From: Nemertoderma westbladi
Lineage: Eukaryota > Animalia > Xenacoelomorpha
Assembly: GCA_032718475.1 (NCBI GenBank)
Contig: JAUCBJ010006754.1
Coordinates: 1 to 34,827 of the forward strand
Length of the DNA stretch: 34,827 nt
Direction: 5' to 3'
The notes beneath the pieces were generated by a model. The model was given only the letters and a program-made list of their open reading frames with translations, was not told the DNA's origin and made no database searches. The translations under genes were made by a program, and so were the position numbers. This document shows positions 32,802-34,827 of the stretch, piece by piece. Within the stretch, counting starts at the first letter, position 1, and the number at the start of each line of letters is the position of its first letter.

Positions 32802-34028
32802 AAGAATTTTCATACATTGCTCTCTACAATTCATAAAAATACAATCTTATTGATAATTATTACAGCCGTTTAACTAAATATAATAAATTTAAATGTAATA
32901 CCAATACTAGCTTCGCTCGCGCTAAAATGCCATCGACTCTGACACTCGGACATAATAATCCAGATTTTCTCATATTGTATATTTCAAAACAATTAAAAAA
33001 GACAATTTAATTTTGAAGACATACTCAAAAGGACTAAGTGATAGTGTGAGCCCTGAGGATCTTATATTTTATCACTAATTCATCCACTTAATATTAGATC
33101 CCCATTTTAAAATACAGTGATAATACACAATAATAAAATAAATTTAAATAGTTCCGCTCAAGGACAAGTTGTCTTTGGCTCCGCTAGATGGAGTATATTC
33201 TTGTATATTGTATCACCATGGTGATTCACGGTTATATTAGCAAAATTGATTCTGATGTTACCGGTACTGCAGTACAACAACAGTACAGCAGTACTGCATT
33301 ATTCTTTCGTTACCGGAACGGTATACAGTACAGCAGGGTACGGTTACGTTTCGGGTACCTAGCTACAAAGGCAATACGAATACAGCAGTAATACAGCAAT
33401 ACAAAATACTAAATTTTTATAAATTTACGAGTTTGTACAGTGAATTTGTTGAGGCTATGGTCTGTGGAAGAGGAAGATTGTTAGTATGGCAGTATGGGTC
33501 TGGAACATGTAACGTCCAAGCGTCTCTTTAGACAATCAGTAGGTGGGCTCTAGACTAGTAGACCTGTACGCTGTACCTATGAAATACAGATCCACAGATA
33601 GCGTACATCAGTCTGTCAGTACCGTACATGTGCATACATATACAGTAGCCTAGGCTATACCGTACATTACAGAATACACACTCACACAAGTCAAGGTACT
33701 TTACGTTTAGATTTACAGTTACCTAATCGGCTGTCGTTTACTTAGTTACTTGTTACAAATGTTCTTCCTTAACAGCCTGACACTCTGACAGTGCCAGTTC
33801 GTAACTTGATAAATTATTAATAATATTTAATAAAACAAATCAAAAAGTAAAATGCACAACTAAACCACAACCCATTGCTCATTGATTGACGGATGGTTGT
33901 TGATTGTATCTATTTTTATTACAAGCTTCAAAGTCAAGATTTGAATTCCTCGTTTATATCAACTTTCAAACAACATTCAACATCACGGCAATATCAATCA
34001 CTCGCGGAATTCTTACATTAATTAGATA

Positions 34029-34548
34029 ATGATAGGAATTCTTCGCCATGACAACGCCGCTCATCCGAAGTTCCCAGTGCCTCGGGAAGATTCGGAGACC
34101 TCATTGGACCGCTTTATAGAAAACCAAAAACTGAAACTCCAACACGACCGACACAGTTTGGGTGAGGAGCGGGGTAGGTCGGGCAGACGGATTAGTCCGA
34201 CGGGCGAGTACCGACGCCCGGGCGGGGAGTTCGGACGTCCTCCACGGGGCCCCAGTCGGCCGGACGCGCGCAGCGCCCATCCGCTACCCGCAGTAGGTCG
34301 ACCCACCGAATCCGTGGGTCGACCCAGCGACGCCGTACTTCGACTAACTCAAGAGGCCAACGACGGCTTGCCATTGGTCAACCCGGACTCGGCGCGCGCT
34401 AGACTCCGTAGCCAACGCAACCGCGAATACAACGAACATCTGCGTAAATCGGAATCGCGTAGTCGCCGCCTAGCGCACTCTGTACCGCCCCCGCAGTCTG
34501 AACAACGACAACGAGCTGATCCTCGCTCATACGCCGATATACTAGAAG
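34029..34548 (+). CDS. CSPP1: 5' coding exon of a centrosome and spindle pole-associated protein 1-like gene (partial; continues beyond the window)
   Basis: SLDRFIENQKLKLQHDR and RLRSQRNREYNEHLRK resemble the CSPP1 N-terminal motifs as I recall them (LDEFIEEQKARL, RNKEYNQFL). GC-rich segment ends at a splice donor AG|GTAAAC (34548/34549), followed by AT-rich intron. The start may be ATG 34029 or an acceptor at 34025. Confidence 0.65.
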
Positions 34549-34827
34549 GTAAACTACTAACCGATATGATTGATATGCCCGACGTACTAAGTTATACCTT
34601 TAAATGCTTTGCTCAACATTGTTCTCAATATTATATATTCATCAAATATCCACTGTCCTATTACAATTTTATGCATGATTAATGCATTACATATTACAAT
34701 TTTATGCATGTTCTAGAATATTGTTTTCTTTATAATATACGTAAATGAAATTCTATCACCTTAAAAACTGGAAAAATAACTTGTAAAAATTTGAAGAGGG
34801 GTGTGTGCACGAGGCACAGTAATGCCG

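Noticed and set aside
34549-34682. C-terminal part of the 217-aa ORF
   Set aside because: Follows a good splice donor and a switch to AT-rich composition; probably intron read-through.

Overview
AT-rich eukaryotic (invertebrate-animal-like) genomic DNA; the organism cannot be named from the sequence. There are three host genes: an intronless phospholipase B-like 2 (PLBD2, +), an intronless SUN-domain ossification factor (SUCO, -) and the first coding exon of a CSPP1-like gene (+, continuing past the window). Between them lie many mobile elements. These are a nearly intact CR1/L2-group LINE (PHD-type ORF1; APE-RT ORF2 with one stop and one frameshift) inserted into a ~37-bp minisatellite, 3' fragments of CRE-like (RLE) and RTE retrotransposons, several MITE/foldback elements, a DINE-1/HINE-like element, and a ~2-kb non-autonomous hAT-like element that carries inverted 12-bp satellite arrays and has a second copy of itself nested inside. 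The most unusual feature is a five-copy, 368-bp near-identical tandem array (~30020-31920). Each unit carries a ~100-nt Pol III-type (box A / box B / T5) RNA gene candidate with complementary ends that cannot form a normal tRNA cloverleaf. It resembles a vault-RNA-like panhandle with tRNA-Asn-like pieces, and a diverged relative lies tail-to-tail beside the array. Non-coding DNA is also full of TA-xxx-TA motifs that look like Tc1/mariner excision footprints.
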